A stretch of 64,000 nucleotides of DNA from Phoronis australis. Lineage: Eukaryota; Animalia; Phoronida. The translations under genes were made by a program, and so were the position numbers. The notes under the pieces were generated by a model. The model ran no database searches. It saw only the letters and a list, made by a program, of their open reading frames with translations, and was not told the origin of the DNA. Positions within the stretch are counted from its first letter, which is position 1; the number at the start of each line of letters is the position of its first letter. The stretch covers positions 124,001 to 188,000 of the forward strand of contig NMRA01000104.1 in NCBI GenBank assembly GCA_002633005.1, written 5' to 3'. Shown one piece after another: positions 24,601 to 35,300 of this stretch.

Positions 24601-26176
24601 GTGAAGAGCGGTTCTGTGAACTTAATATTGTCCATGAGTATATGCATGAACAGGTTTGACTACTCGAAAGCAAAATTTCCTGTAAAAGTTAAAGTCAACA
24701 AGAAAAGCATTCTTCAACAAGTGGGTGTTGAAAGCTGAAAGCCAAGCAGCAATAAAAGCCCTTAGGAAACCAAGAGTCAACTCTCGTTACGTTAATGAGC
24801 TTCAGAACCTTGCAATCGGAAGAACCGTCAATATACACTGGGTCAGGGCCCATGTGGGAATTGACGGCAATGAAACTGCAAACAGACTTGCAAAGATAGA
24901 AGCCAGCATTCTGTATTGTGTACCTGAACCTGCTATCCCAATATCCTACAGATGCTGCAGGATAAGTACACAACTGGGTACATACTCAGTCAGCAGCCCC
25001 GTGGGCATCACTTAACTCCTATATAGAGACCTAGGAGAAATTTTCCAACTTGATCAAACTAAAAGGTTCCAAATACCTTCTGAGTCTCGATAGATTGGGC
25101 TTAAGACACATCATTCAAATTTTGACAGGCCACTGTAACCTAGCCTGACACAGACAGTGTGTCCCAGGTGTGGTACTGACACTGAAACCCTTACACACCT
25201 GGTAAAGTCTTGCCCAACTTTTTATAGGCTAAGGAGCAAATTATTGGGTGGCACTGTTACCTGCCTACAACATATAGTGCATGCCAACAAATGGAAGTGT
25301 CTGTCCGTTTTCTAAAGGAGACAGGCAGACTTGAAAAATTCCTTCATGACACTGAGTGATACTGATTTAGTTCGAACCGAACTAAAACAATAAGTCTAAC
25401 CAGTGTGAGGCATAATTCGCCGAAAAATTTCCGGCGTATGGAGGGCGTATGTGATGGCCACCGTCTCTCCTGGGGTCAGTTCAGATAATGAAACTGTCTT
25501 AAGGACTCTAAGTCTAAAGCAGATGCACAACGCAGCGGCGATTCACCGCGTGATTTGACTTTGCCTTTGGATTGGTGACTGGTCCTAAGTCAAGACAGAT
25601 TCTCGTCCAAGCTAGTACGCATCGGCGGAAGCCCAACAATCAATAAATACAAGAGATGTGACTGAAATCGTTACCATTTTGGGTGCGTATCGTCTGCCCT
25701 GTTGAACGTTCCCCAAAGATCGACAATGCACTCGCTACATTCGCCATTTTGATGTGAAGGAAAGGTCTCGTGTTGGTCGAGAAAAAATGATATTTTGGAA
25801 CATTCGAGAAAAGGCGCCATCTANGATGGTTTAGTCGGTGCGAGGCATAATTCGCCGAAAAATTTTCGGCGTATGGAGGGCGTATGAGATGGCCACCGTC
25901 TCTCCTGGGGCCAGTTCAGATAATGAAACTGTCTAAAGGACTCTAAAGCAGATGCACAACGCAGCGGCGATTCACCGCGTGATCGTGACTTGACTTTGCA
26001 TTGGTGACTGGTCCTAAGTCAAGACAGATTCTCGTCCAAGCTAGTACGCATCGGCGGAAGCCCAACAATCAATAAATACAAGAGATGTGACTGAAATCGT
26101 TACCATTTTGGGTGCGTATCGTCTGCCCTGTTGAACGTTCCCCAAAGATCGACAATGCACTCGCTACATTCGCCAT
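12475..26176 (-). CDS. TCP1: T-complex protein 1 subunit alpha (CCT1), 13 coding exons, 559 aa
   Basis: Exons 26104-26176, 22380-22465, 20114-20242, 19587-19684, 18639-18749, 17068-17145, 16170-16273, 15470-15596, 15021-15196, 14099-14222, 13601-13793, 13056-13219, 12475-12691. All are GT-AG bounded with consistent phases and total 1680 nt. Motifs [46 protein letters not shown]. Confidence 0.97.
13056..13219 (-). CDS. TCP1: TCP1 exon 12
   Basis: [20 protein letters not shown]...DLKW. Confidence 0.95.
13601..13793 (-). CDS. TCP1: TCP1 exon 11
   Basis: [17 protein letters not shown]...VPGGG...ATSL. Confidence 0.95.
14099..14222 (-). CDS. TCP1: TCP1 exon 10
   Basis: [21 protein letters not shown]...[14 protein letters not shown] bounded. 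Confidence 0.93.
15021..15196 (-). CDS. TCP1: TCP1 exon 9
   Basis: [28 protein letters not shown]...IAKATG. Confidence 0.95.
15470..15596 (-). CDS. TCP1: TCP1 exon 8
   Basis: [19 protein letters not shown]...AIRQ. Confidence 0.95.
16170..16273 (-). CDS. TCP1: TCP1 exon 7
   Basis: [34 protein letters not shown]. Confidence 0.95.
17068..17145 (-). CDS. TCP1: TCP1 exon 6
   Basis: [25 protein letters not shown]. Confidence 0.93.
17146..18638 (-). other. U12-type (minor spliceosome) GT-AG intron, TCP1 intron 5
   Basis: 5' splice site GTATCCTTG (18638-18630). Branch site CACCTTAAC with CCTTAAC at 17161-17155, 9 nt before the exon. No polypyrimidine tract. Confidence 0.92.
17693..17949. mobile_element. 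MITE (cagggc...gcccta) with ATTACA target duplication, inside the U12 intron
   Basis: attaca at 17687-17692 and 17950-17955. A related copy lies at 62780-63007. Confidence 0.65.
18639..18749 (-). CDS. TCP1: TCP1 exon 5
   Basis: [36 protein letters not shown]. Confidence 0.95.
19587..19684 (-). CDS. TCP1: TCP1 exon 4
   Basis: [32 protein letters not shown]. Confidence 0.95.
20114..20242 (-). CDS. TCP1: TCP1 exon 3
   Basis: [43 protein letters not shown]. Confidence 0.96.
20380..21302. repeat. Interspersed repeat with internal tandem subunits (HINE/helentron-like) in TCP1 intron 2
   Basis: Recurring caagtttyatygaaatcygtc units near 20479, 20751 and 21019; repeated taagggccactag; palindromic 3' end. 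Boundaries approximate. Confidence 0.45.
21395..21480 (-). repeat. SINE/LINE 3'-tail-like repeat, inverted copy
   Basis: Reverse complement gatggtttaatcagtgtgaggcataattc matches sequences at 21736, 25402 and 25825. Confidence 0.5.
21708..21880 (+). repeat. SINE/LINE 3'-tail-like repeat
   Basis: gatggtttatcagtgtgaggc...ggcgtatgg...ggtcagttcaga...aaggatactc, similar to 25402-25520. Confidence 0.5.
22380..22465 (-). CDS. TCP1: TCP1 exon 2
   Basis: [29 protein letters not shown]. Confidence 0.96.
22486..22717. mobile_element. Tc1/mariner-type MITE with TA target duplication
   Basis: ta|ccgtaaactcgcgggttaacgc ... gcgttaactcgcgagtttacgg|ta, with internal aagcgccca repeats. Confidence 0.8.
24690..25520 (+). 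mobile_element. Decayed 3' fragment of a non-LTR retrotransposon (RNase H plus C-terminal Zn knuckle) in TCP1 intron 1
   Basis: ESQAAIKAL...[21 protein letters not shown] (RNase H), then frameshifted [10 protein letters not shown] and CPRCG-TET-HL--CP, then a tail repeat ending tctaagtctaa. Confidence 0.8.
26104..26176 (-). CDS. TCP1: TCP1 exon 1 (coding part)
   Basis: [24 protein letters not shown] followed by donor gtaac. Confidence 0.93.
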
Positions 26177-26225
26177 TTTGATGTGAAGGAAAGGTCTCGT
26201 GTTGGTCGAGAAAAAAGGATATTTT

Positions 26226-26240
26226 GGAACATTCGAGAAA
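26226..26240. promoter_or_regulatory. Heat shock element (3 inverted nGAAn units) at the TCP1 promoter
   Basis: gGAAcaTTCgaGAAa, 50 nt upstream of the start codon of a chaperonin gene. Confidence 0.7.
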
Positions 26241-27260
26241 AGGCGCCATCTATGGAGCGCAATCCTATCTACTCCGGCTGTATATACTCCCATATTTCAG
26301 TATCTCATTGATCAGGCCAATGATCAGGTCAACGAAGTCGTAGATTACAGAAAACTACTATATAGTCTATGATGAAGTAATTTCAAATCGGTACGGTTCA
26401 CAAACAGATAAAACAATAGCACATGTGCCAGTCCCAGACAGAAAGTGAGGGAGAGTAGGTTATACAGGAGTTTTATGAGAACTATGTACTAGAGTGGACC
26501 AATCACCGCATACTTTACGCCACGACAGAATTTGTCAATGGCATAATTTTGTGGGCTAATTTTTTGAAGTGGTTGAGTTTTGAAATCATGAAAATTTAGG
26601 TTAGGATCGCTGTGACCCGGAATTATGACAAAATATATGTTGATTTTCGGATCTTTGGTATCCGACTCGACAAAGAAGTGAATTTAATTTAGTAACTCTA
26701 TATATATAGTAGTAAAAAACTGGTCTGTACTTACATACAAAATGAGTGCACTATGTGCTACTGAATATTTCCAATAAATTTGTGCAGGACCAAAAGTAAG
26801 CCCCAATTTGACCATGAAATTAGGAACCCACCTAATGAGATGTTATTCACAAAAATAGCACCTACCGTTTGTTTTGGTTAGAAGCACCACCCTCACTTCT
26901 ACCTTTAGGTGTAAACTTTGCACTTTCGCGAATCCTGCATAAGAAATGTCGTGTTATCACTAGTGCGAATTCGCAACGAAAGCCTGAAAGATTGTAGTGG
27001 TTGGAAAATGAAGATTTTGCAGAATTACGAACTGTTTTTGAACGGTGAATCTGGCCATTTGTAGGCCTGCGGAATTTTGTCAGATAAGACACGTACCGGT
27101 ACGCCAATATTTTGCTAGAATACAGACCCCTTGCGGCCGTTCTTTCCTTTAGACTGTGACAGCGCCATGTATCCAGTTGAAATCATGAAAACAACACGTC
27201 ACACATGGTGTCACAGCCCGGCCTATTCGCCGAGTGCCTTGTTGCACCAGTTAGAGTCAG

Positions 27261-27633
27261 GGTCCAGTCTCTAATCTTTATACTCGAAACAGACTCGAAT
27301 TACTTTTGGCAATTTCTCTGCTCCTTTTGTGAGAACTCAAGATGCTCGAATAATTATAGTTTACGCATATAAGTTTCTAGTCCAAGTTTGCTCTTGAAGA
27401 GCCTTACATTCGTGCTAAAAACTCGAGTAAAAACTCGAAATGTCGAGTTCAAACTCGAACTTTTAGATTTGTTTATCAACTGCATATTAGGACTAATAAA
27501 TTATGCACATAAGTCGTTATGTACTCGAGCATAGAATAATTGACACTTCTCTTGAATTCTCACAAAAGTAGAGTAGAAAATGCCAAACTTAATTTTGAGT
27601 TCCATTTCGAGTAAAAAGATTCGAGACCGGGCC
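27261..27633. mobile_element. PIF/Harbinger-like MITE with CAG target duplication
   Basis: cag|ggtccagtctctaatctttatactcgaaa ... tttcgagtaaaaagattcgagaccgggcc|cag. Confidence 0.75.
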
Positions 27634-27644
27634 CAGGTCTTGGT

Positions 27645-28861
27645 TTACTAAGTTACTCTGCACGTACCACCGCAGTCTTGTTATTCTCGGGGTTTTATTC
27701 TTTTCTTCTTATTCTTCTTCCGACCCTTTCTAAACCTTAATAATTCTCAATCTAACTTTCAACTTTGAAACTTTCCACGCCGTTTGACCGTCCAAAACTT
27801 TTATGAGAATATCAAAATTTTGACTCATAATGCACCCGACCAGAAGTGGTCAATAGGTGCAAAGGTCATCTAATTTTCAAAATATTTCTCCGATCCCACG
27901 TATTTTTCAAGGAATTCTTTTCATTTCAGTGTACAGGTGTGAGTCTTTCAAATGCATTGCTTTTCTAATAATCTTGTGGGGTCCAATCAGATAAAAGATC
28001 TTTGAATGCAAACTAAGATTTTGAGCTAGACACTTCAAATTCACAAATCTGATTGGTACATGAAATCCAGGTCCAATTTCAAAGTTTCAGATCATTAGTG
28101 CTTGCATAGGGTTATTAGGTGTATTTTTCTTCTGAAATGATTTGGACCTTTTCATTCAACACGCTGATGAGTCAACAGTTAGACAACTGTGATTCTCACG
28201 GACTTTGCAATAATTTTACTAAAAGGTCTTATAAAACACCCAAAATTGTCAGCCGAGTTAGAGTGCAAAGGTCATCTAATTTTTGAAATGCTATTTCACA
28301 TTCTTCAGGGACTTCTTTTCAATTTCAGCACAGCCCGTAAGCGTACATGTCAATCAAATACACTACTTAACTGAATCGGACCATCCAATCAGATAAAATA
28401 CGTCAAAGGTCATAGAATGCAAACTTATATTTTGAGCTGAACACTTCAGATGTACAGATGTGATTGATGCATGCTTTTGAGTTCTAATTCCTAAGTTTCA
28501 GGTTACGTGGTACAACCATGGGGTCAATAGGTGCATTTTTTCCTGAAATTTTTACCTTTTCATTGTATTCTGATGTGTCAACAGTTAGAAACTGCCGAGA
28601 TTCTCAGCATTAACGTTTTCATGGACTTCACATTTATTTCGCTACTGGGGCTCATAATGCACCGGAACAAAGGATGTCGAATTTCATTCAGCACATACTC
28701 TTTTTATACAATTCAAGTTTCTATAATGTGCCAACATCTGTAGCGTGATCCACATTTTCTTGTATACTAGTTCTGCCACCGAAAAGATTGTAAGCTTTCC
28801 ACAAAGTCTCACTCGCGCGCAGAGTCATTATTGTCACTTTCTGACAATAACTTCTCAAGTT
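27645..28861 (+). mobile_element. HINE/DINE-1-like non-autonomous helentron
   Basis: Subterminal inverted repeat actctgcacg (27655) / cgcgcagagt (28816), TTC/TTA microsatellite near the 5' end, internal tandem blocks, and a 3' hairpin ttattgtca-ctttc-tgacaataa (28828-28850). Confidence 0.7.
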
Positions 28862-28868
28862 GGAGGCT

Positions 28869-29243
28869 TGTGATATAACGGTACAGCAATGAGATGGTAA
28901 GCTAGAGTAAATTGTTTTGTCCTTCGTTTGGCGCCTTACCTCGTGCCAAACACGAACTAGTATCGAGTTCGTTTGTCCTTGAATGTTGCCGCGTGAACCG
29001 CAAGCTACTCGAAAGGATTACTCAACAGATAAAACAGTATTGCCTACGGATGCACTTCTCAACATCAACCAATCGAGTGTTATTTTCCAACCAATTTACG
29101 AATGCCTTTATTTCGTTGTTATCCAAAGAGAACCCATGTTACATGGTCAAACCACAGTGATACCCCTCGTGACGAGTGTACCTTACCTTTTCTGTGGGAA
29201 TACCCCATCCGGGCCGACACTGATTCAAATCAGTGACACCACA
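28869..29243 (-). mobile_element. Possible solo LTR
   Basis: TGTG...CACA termini, flanks ggct/gact (4 bp, one mismatch), AATAAA on the minus strand near 29108, GC-richer than its flanks. Confidence 0.4.
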
Positions 29244-29551
29244 GACTATATACCGTAGATCGAGTATCTATGCTGACACTAAATAAGCTGCTAATCACGG
29301 TGCAGTGTTAGTTACCGTCGCCGAAGCAACGAGGCAGTCGCATAGAAAGCCCAAGCGTTTTATTGTCACCAATTCAAACTTAAGCAAAGGTCAATCACAA
29401 ACTGACGTTTGTCAGAGAACCAAATAATGAAACAATAAAAAGACTTTTTTGAAACAGGAACGCGACTTAAAACCAGCATTCACCTTCTTTTGACAAATGA
29501 CTACATTGTCAGAATTATTAAACCTTCCTTTATTGCAATGTATATCACAAT

Positions 29552-29711
29552 CAGGAGCGGATCCAGGATTTTGAGTAAGGAAGGCCAGGGCAGAATATTA
29601 CACAGGTTTCTGCCCGTCAGAAATTCGCACCCCCGTACTGCCAGAATCTGGGAGTACGAATTTAGGGGGGGGGGGGGGGGGGGGCATGCCCCCCCCTTAA
29701 ATCCGCCACTG
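29552..29711. mobile_element. Short MITE with ACAAT target duplication
   Basis: acaat|caggagcggat ... atccgccactg|acaat, with an internal poly-G/poly-C run. Confidence 0.75.
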
Positions 29712-30554
29712 ACAATCGTGACTTTAATATCAAATATCCCCAAGAAGAGAAGTTTCTTAGCTCCACGGACACGAGAGTGACCAACAATAAAATTGCCCCA
29801 GGGCCAGTGCGTCATGTCCACCGACAGGCGAGTTTTTAGTAAAAACTTGTGCTATATCCCCACTTCACTTTCAATTCAAGTAGCTTTTCTTCTAGTTTCT
29901 CGTTTCATGATTTTGCCAGAAATTCACGATTGTCACAGTGGTATGCCATAGTATAAAGGAAGGTTGAATGACTCGGGATGCTGAAAATGAAGTCACTTGT
30001 CTAAACAAGGTAAATGGTGGTTAACCCACCAGCCAGTTAGAGGCGAGGTACCAGTAATATCGGTGTCTAATATTCATACATGTACAGTCTGGAAAATAGA
30101 GTTTGGCGTATCAAATCCATGATTTTATGATTTTGACTATGTTAAAGATATCAACTAGTCTCCTTTCCCTGGCAATTTGCACCGCTTTAGGCATGCCGCC
30201 TCATCAGTACGCTCCGCAGCTTGGTGAGTTAGACTAACTCAAACATCGCTGATCTAGTACAGTGATTAAACCATAAAATTCCAGTGGACATGGACCAAAT
30301 GTAGACCTGTCCAGTAACAGTATGGAAACAATAACTGTGGGACCAAGACTGAATAGCAGGATCAAGATTAAACAGCAGGGTTAACACCTACATTTCTATA
30401 TTAAATAACTACATTTAAAACCATGCAAGTCAAAATGTTGAAATAGTATCAAATCTAATGGAAATTTTAGACAGATTAACTGTGACTTACAGCGATTACA
30501 GAGCAAAATAACTAGATGCAAAGTGAATGAAAAACACGGCTGTACTAGCCTTTA

Positions 30555-31050
30555 GGTTATGTAGGACCCCATTAATGTCCAAATTCGGCTTACACCAATC
30601 TCAGAAATGTCGTTGGGATTTTTCAGAAACTTTCACATAATATGCTTTGTGCAATGATCTTCAAAACGATGTTGCGAATTGTTTTTAAAACATTCTGCTT
30701 TTGCCCGTGGACTATCACGATTTTTATGAAAAAATTAAAGTTGCACAAAACGAAAAGAACATGACAGTTTAGAAAACTGTAAAAGCATTTTTGAGAGTTC
30801 AGCTTGAATATCAAAATTAAATTTGATAAAGTTGATATCATCATGATTGTTTTGCTATGAAAGTACTTTCTTTTTGCTAAATTTTACTAAAAAGACATGG
30901 TCACGTGACCCAATTAATGGTGGAAAATGGGTATAAAGTCGTAAGCCAAATTCTACATTCAGAAAACGTATGCTGTTACTGAGTTTAACTAAGTACTATT
31001 GCAGATATTTGGCTGAATGCCAATATTTGTCCACATGGTCCTACGTAACC
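30555..31050. mobile_element. Kolobok-like MITE
   Basis: ttta|ggttatgtaggacc ... ggtcctacgtaacc|ttaa (RR termini, TTAA-like flanks). A related copy lies at 51642-52168. Confidence 0.65.
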
Positions 31051-32393
31051 TTAAACGCCAGGTAGTCCAACAATCAGTCTTCTAAACTGACTATCTGCAT
31101 TTCAAAATGTTGAGCACCCAAACTACTGAATGAAACCATGAATAACAAAACCCTAATCTTTTGAACACAGAACCAGCCAGATGAAAGATTGCTCCGTTCA
31201 CAAAGTAGACTGGCTGGTCTTTAAATTTGATAGGCAGTTTAGAAAAGAGATTAATAGGCATTCCAGGAAAGATGAAAACTAAAACAAACTGGGAAATAGA
31301 GTACTCCTACCTGAAGTACGTGAATGATTTAATAAAGACTCACGATTTTATAACAAAATGAAAATTTCCAAACATAAGGCAATACTTGCTCACAAACTTA
31401 TGGATGAAACAGTACTGGAGATCTGACAAACAAGACAATTGTAAATTTGTTATCTCTGCTAAAAACCCATTTTATAAACAAGTGCCAAAAGTACAACATT
31501 TGTCCTTAAGAAAACTAAATCAAATAAAATAAAATAATTTTTTGATGGAAAATATTTACATTAGGCACACTGACTATAATAGAGCTGGGTACTTGTGCCT
31601 GTTCATCATTGTAGAGGGAAAAGTGGTAGCAAAATTGTATTTCATGTTCCAACATCAAGACCGCAAAAACAGTACAAAACTATCCTACTTATTCGCCAAA
31701 ATAAGGTCGCTTAAAATGATCATGATCTTACTGTTTCCCTGATGGTAGAAAATATTTAAGTCTTCACGTAGCAAGGGAAGAACAATTTCGAGCCAGTTTC
31801 TTAGAGATATTCTGCGTACTTCTGAATTTTCATATTTAAGCCATAACTACAACGGACACGCCCTCTTTCAATTTCCAGCTATGAATAGAACTACAAGAGA
31901 TTAGTGTCCAACATTATCACCAGTGTGAAAGTCTCTTTTGAAGAAAGCTAACACCTTGACTGGAACAGAGCACTAGTGTGAAAGTCTCTTTTAAAGAAAT
32001 CAAACACCTTGACTGGATTAGACTATCAGGAAAAGCAAGGATGATTTTAAAAATATTTCAACTTTACTAGACCTTCAGCAAGTTTCAGCCATTCAGCATT
32101 CAACAGTGATGTAACAATACTTTTATGATAAATGATAGTAAAATACATTGCACAAACACTTCCCTAAATAATTCTCGCAATACACTTGTATAACACAATT
32201 GTTGTCAGTTTGATGTAATTGTTATAGATGACAAGTTAAATGAATGCTTCTTCATGATAAGTCTTTTAAGATGATTGCTTAATAGTGCACCACTTTTAGA
32301 ACAGTATTGTAAAATAAGCCAGAGAATTGGCCATAATAATGAGGTCACAGAACAAGACAGTGGCAGTATGTGTTAGACTTCCAGCCAACACTT

Positions 32394-35300
32394 TCACGTG
32401 TGAGGTGTAAGCCTCTCCGTTGAACGTGTGCCCTCTGGTGTGATGTCCAGCACAATAGCCTCGTCATAGGTTGGAGGGTTCAAGTTATCGTCATGGTCAA
32501 CACTGGCTGAATCAGAAGAGTCATTGGCTGCCTCTTCATAGGGTGGTGGGTCTCCAATATCGCCATCACTGCCATCTGAGTTACACCTACCAACACATAA
32601 CACAATACTATGTATGATTGTGGCAAGTGTACAAAGTTTTGATCTTTGTGTAAGCAGGTCAGTCAATGAATAAGCTCTGCTGATAGATGCTGATGATAAA
32701 ATAAGCATCACAAGTCTCTCCAGAATGTTCATAATTACTTCCATGCAGCATGGGCTAAACTAGCATAGACGCTTAGAATAAATCTACAGCAAAAATATGC
32801 AGCAAAAAAAAACATGAAGTGCCCCAGTGCCAGACAAATCTGATAGGTGTCTCACTTCAAGGCAGCCCTTGAATATTTGGCCATGGCACACTGAATATGG
32901 CACTTTTGAAAAACAACTTTGATCAAGCTGGAATTCTTTTGTTTTTGAAACATTATAAAATATTCAGTTGTCAATAGAGTTTGCAGTAAATATGTTGCTT
33001 TATACATTTTTGACAGTATGTCGCCCATACAAAAATACCAAGAGCAACGCGAGGCGATCATATGCACCCACCGGGTAACTCACATACAGTGCAAATACAA
33101 GAGCTGACATTCCTACTAAACAAAGCCATGCATATAAACTTATTTAATAGCCTTTATTGGGGTTGCAAAGCAAGTCTGAATCATAACGATCCTTGGAGTG
33201 ATTTGGTTGATAGGGAAGTAGACGTCAAAAACAGACTAAAAAAATAAAAATGGCCACTAAGTGGCATGCAATACATCGTAACCATCGAAAAATGGAAAGG
33301 TGTCGTGATCTCTTTAATAAAAACCTATTTGCATGTATCATGAAAATACGTCAAGGAAGTACCAAGATACAAAAGAAAAGGTAAAAAACTAAAATTACCA
33401 CCAGGGAGCACAATGGTTATCAGATTCAACTAAGTCGTCATCCATTGACACGTTCCTAAAAATATCCCAGGTTTAGAAGATACAGTCAAACAAGAAAAAA
33501 AGTGAAACTAAGGGATGTCACAGTAGTCAGATCTGTCTGAAAATCATCGTCAGCCAGCTGCGCTCTTCTCAGTAGGAACACATATGTCCATTTTCCTAAT
33601 GATTCTTAGAGTGGTTTCATGGATAGGGAGAAAGACACCAGAAAACAGAATAATTAAAATATTCATTAGGGGGCACACTTGGGATCAGAGTGGAACTTGT
33701 CACCATCCATTGCCATTTTCATAGAAATACACTTGCCAAATGTAACAAAGTTCCTACAAGGGGTTCATGAGATACAGCCATGGATGGAAAATACTACAAT
33801 AGTAGATGCCATAGTAGTTAAAGCCATATGAAAATCATCGACGACCATCCTCTTCCAAGTAGGAAAACAAACACAAATTTCCAAAATCATTGTTCGTGCA
33901 GTTTAGCCAATAGAGAAGCCGGTGTTAAAACAACAGAACGGAAAACAGTAACAACAGCCACTAGGTGGCATACAATATGCTAAATCTAGCTCAAAAATAC
34001 CCTTAAAAACAAGTTCAGTGATCGATCAAATTTCATGCCCGCAGCCATGACGTTGAGGTCATGAAGGTGTCAACTCATTACTATATTTCATTGCGAGTGA
34101 TGTCATGAAATGATTGAAGAGCTCTATAATTGACACGAATAATAATAAGTGAGATTTGGCCCAGATTGTAATTTGACAGAATATTTATATTTGATTGCAC
34201 ATGGCCTTTGTGAACATATTTCATTAAGACACTGTGAAAGTTATATTTCTGGTGCTTACATTTGTGGGAAAAATTCAAAACTTTCAGTTATTTTCTCAGA
34301 AACCAAAGCAAGCAGTGGAAAGTCTTGGAACTTGTGGTTATGCAAGTTGAGGAACTAAAACAATCATTTTCATGTTCTGAAAGTTTTTTTAGAGATCTGT
34401 AACTTATTTTTTCATTTAATCCTTGAAGACGAGCTCTGAGATCGGACAACCATCCATGCATCTTAAAGTTGGTCAACTGATCAAAGGATGATTCTGACGA
34501 ACCCTAAAATACTACGGCCACCATGTAGTTTACACGCAGGATAGCACAAGTACAAACAAGCGAGAGCCAAACGCACAACAGTCCACAGCAAGGTGACCCC
34601 CACCTACTTACCCTGCATTCAGCTGCTGCCGTCTCAGTCTCCTGCGTCGTCGACGGCGACGCCTTCGCTCATTATACCTTTGTGTGGCTTTGAGCAGGAA
34701 CCCCCTCACAACTAACACGATCCCAGCTGCTAAGAGAATAGATCCAACAGCCAAAAGTTTGTTTTGATCAGGTATTGCTAAAGAAAACCCCACAACAACA
34801 ATGCCACCAGCGAACACTATAACACCTAAAGTTACATTGAAGACAATGTTCTGAATGATTCGCTTGCACGAGTTTTGTGAAGTAGCACTGTCATCACGCT
34901 GTGGTTCTGAATTTTCCATTCATAGGATAAAGTCCGCGGTTCGTCTGAAAAAATAAATTCATTAAAGTCATGCTCATCTATAGATCAAGAGCATATATGC
35001 GTGAACTCAATCTTACCCAAGGGTAAGCCTTAATCTACAATAAGCCAAAGACTACAACAAAGTAGTACCAGTTTGAATAATTGGTAATAGTCAGATACAT
35101 GGGTCCCTGATTTGAGAACCAGTTACTCTCACTGATAATGCCCGTTATTCAGTGGCAGTAACTGGTTCTCAATAAAGTTTAAACCAGGGACCCACCTTTG
35201 CGACTGTTACCAAATGATTTCATTACTAATAAGCACATTCGCAGATAGCAAAACAGAGGAATTCAAACACATTGTACTAACATCCAAAACACACCAATTG

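Larger units (their letters stand above)
25402..26252. repeat. Tandem duplicate (about 429 bp offset) including TCP1 exon 1, split by N at 25824
   Basis: 25402-25823 is nearly identical to about 25838-26252, with a few SNPs and indels. The second exon-1 copy is at 25675-25747. Confidence 0.9.

Noticed and set aside
30180-30212. Hammerhead-like CTGATGAGGC...GCCTAAA on the minus strand
   Set aside because: GAAA box is TAAA and stems I and III do not form.
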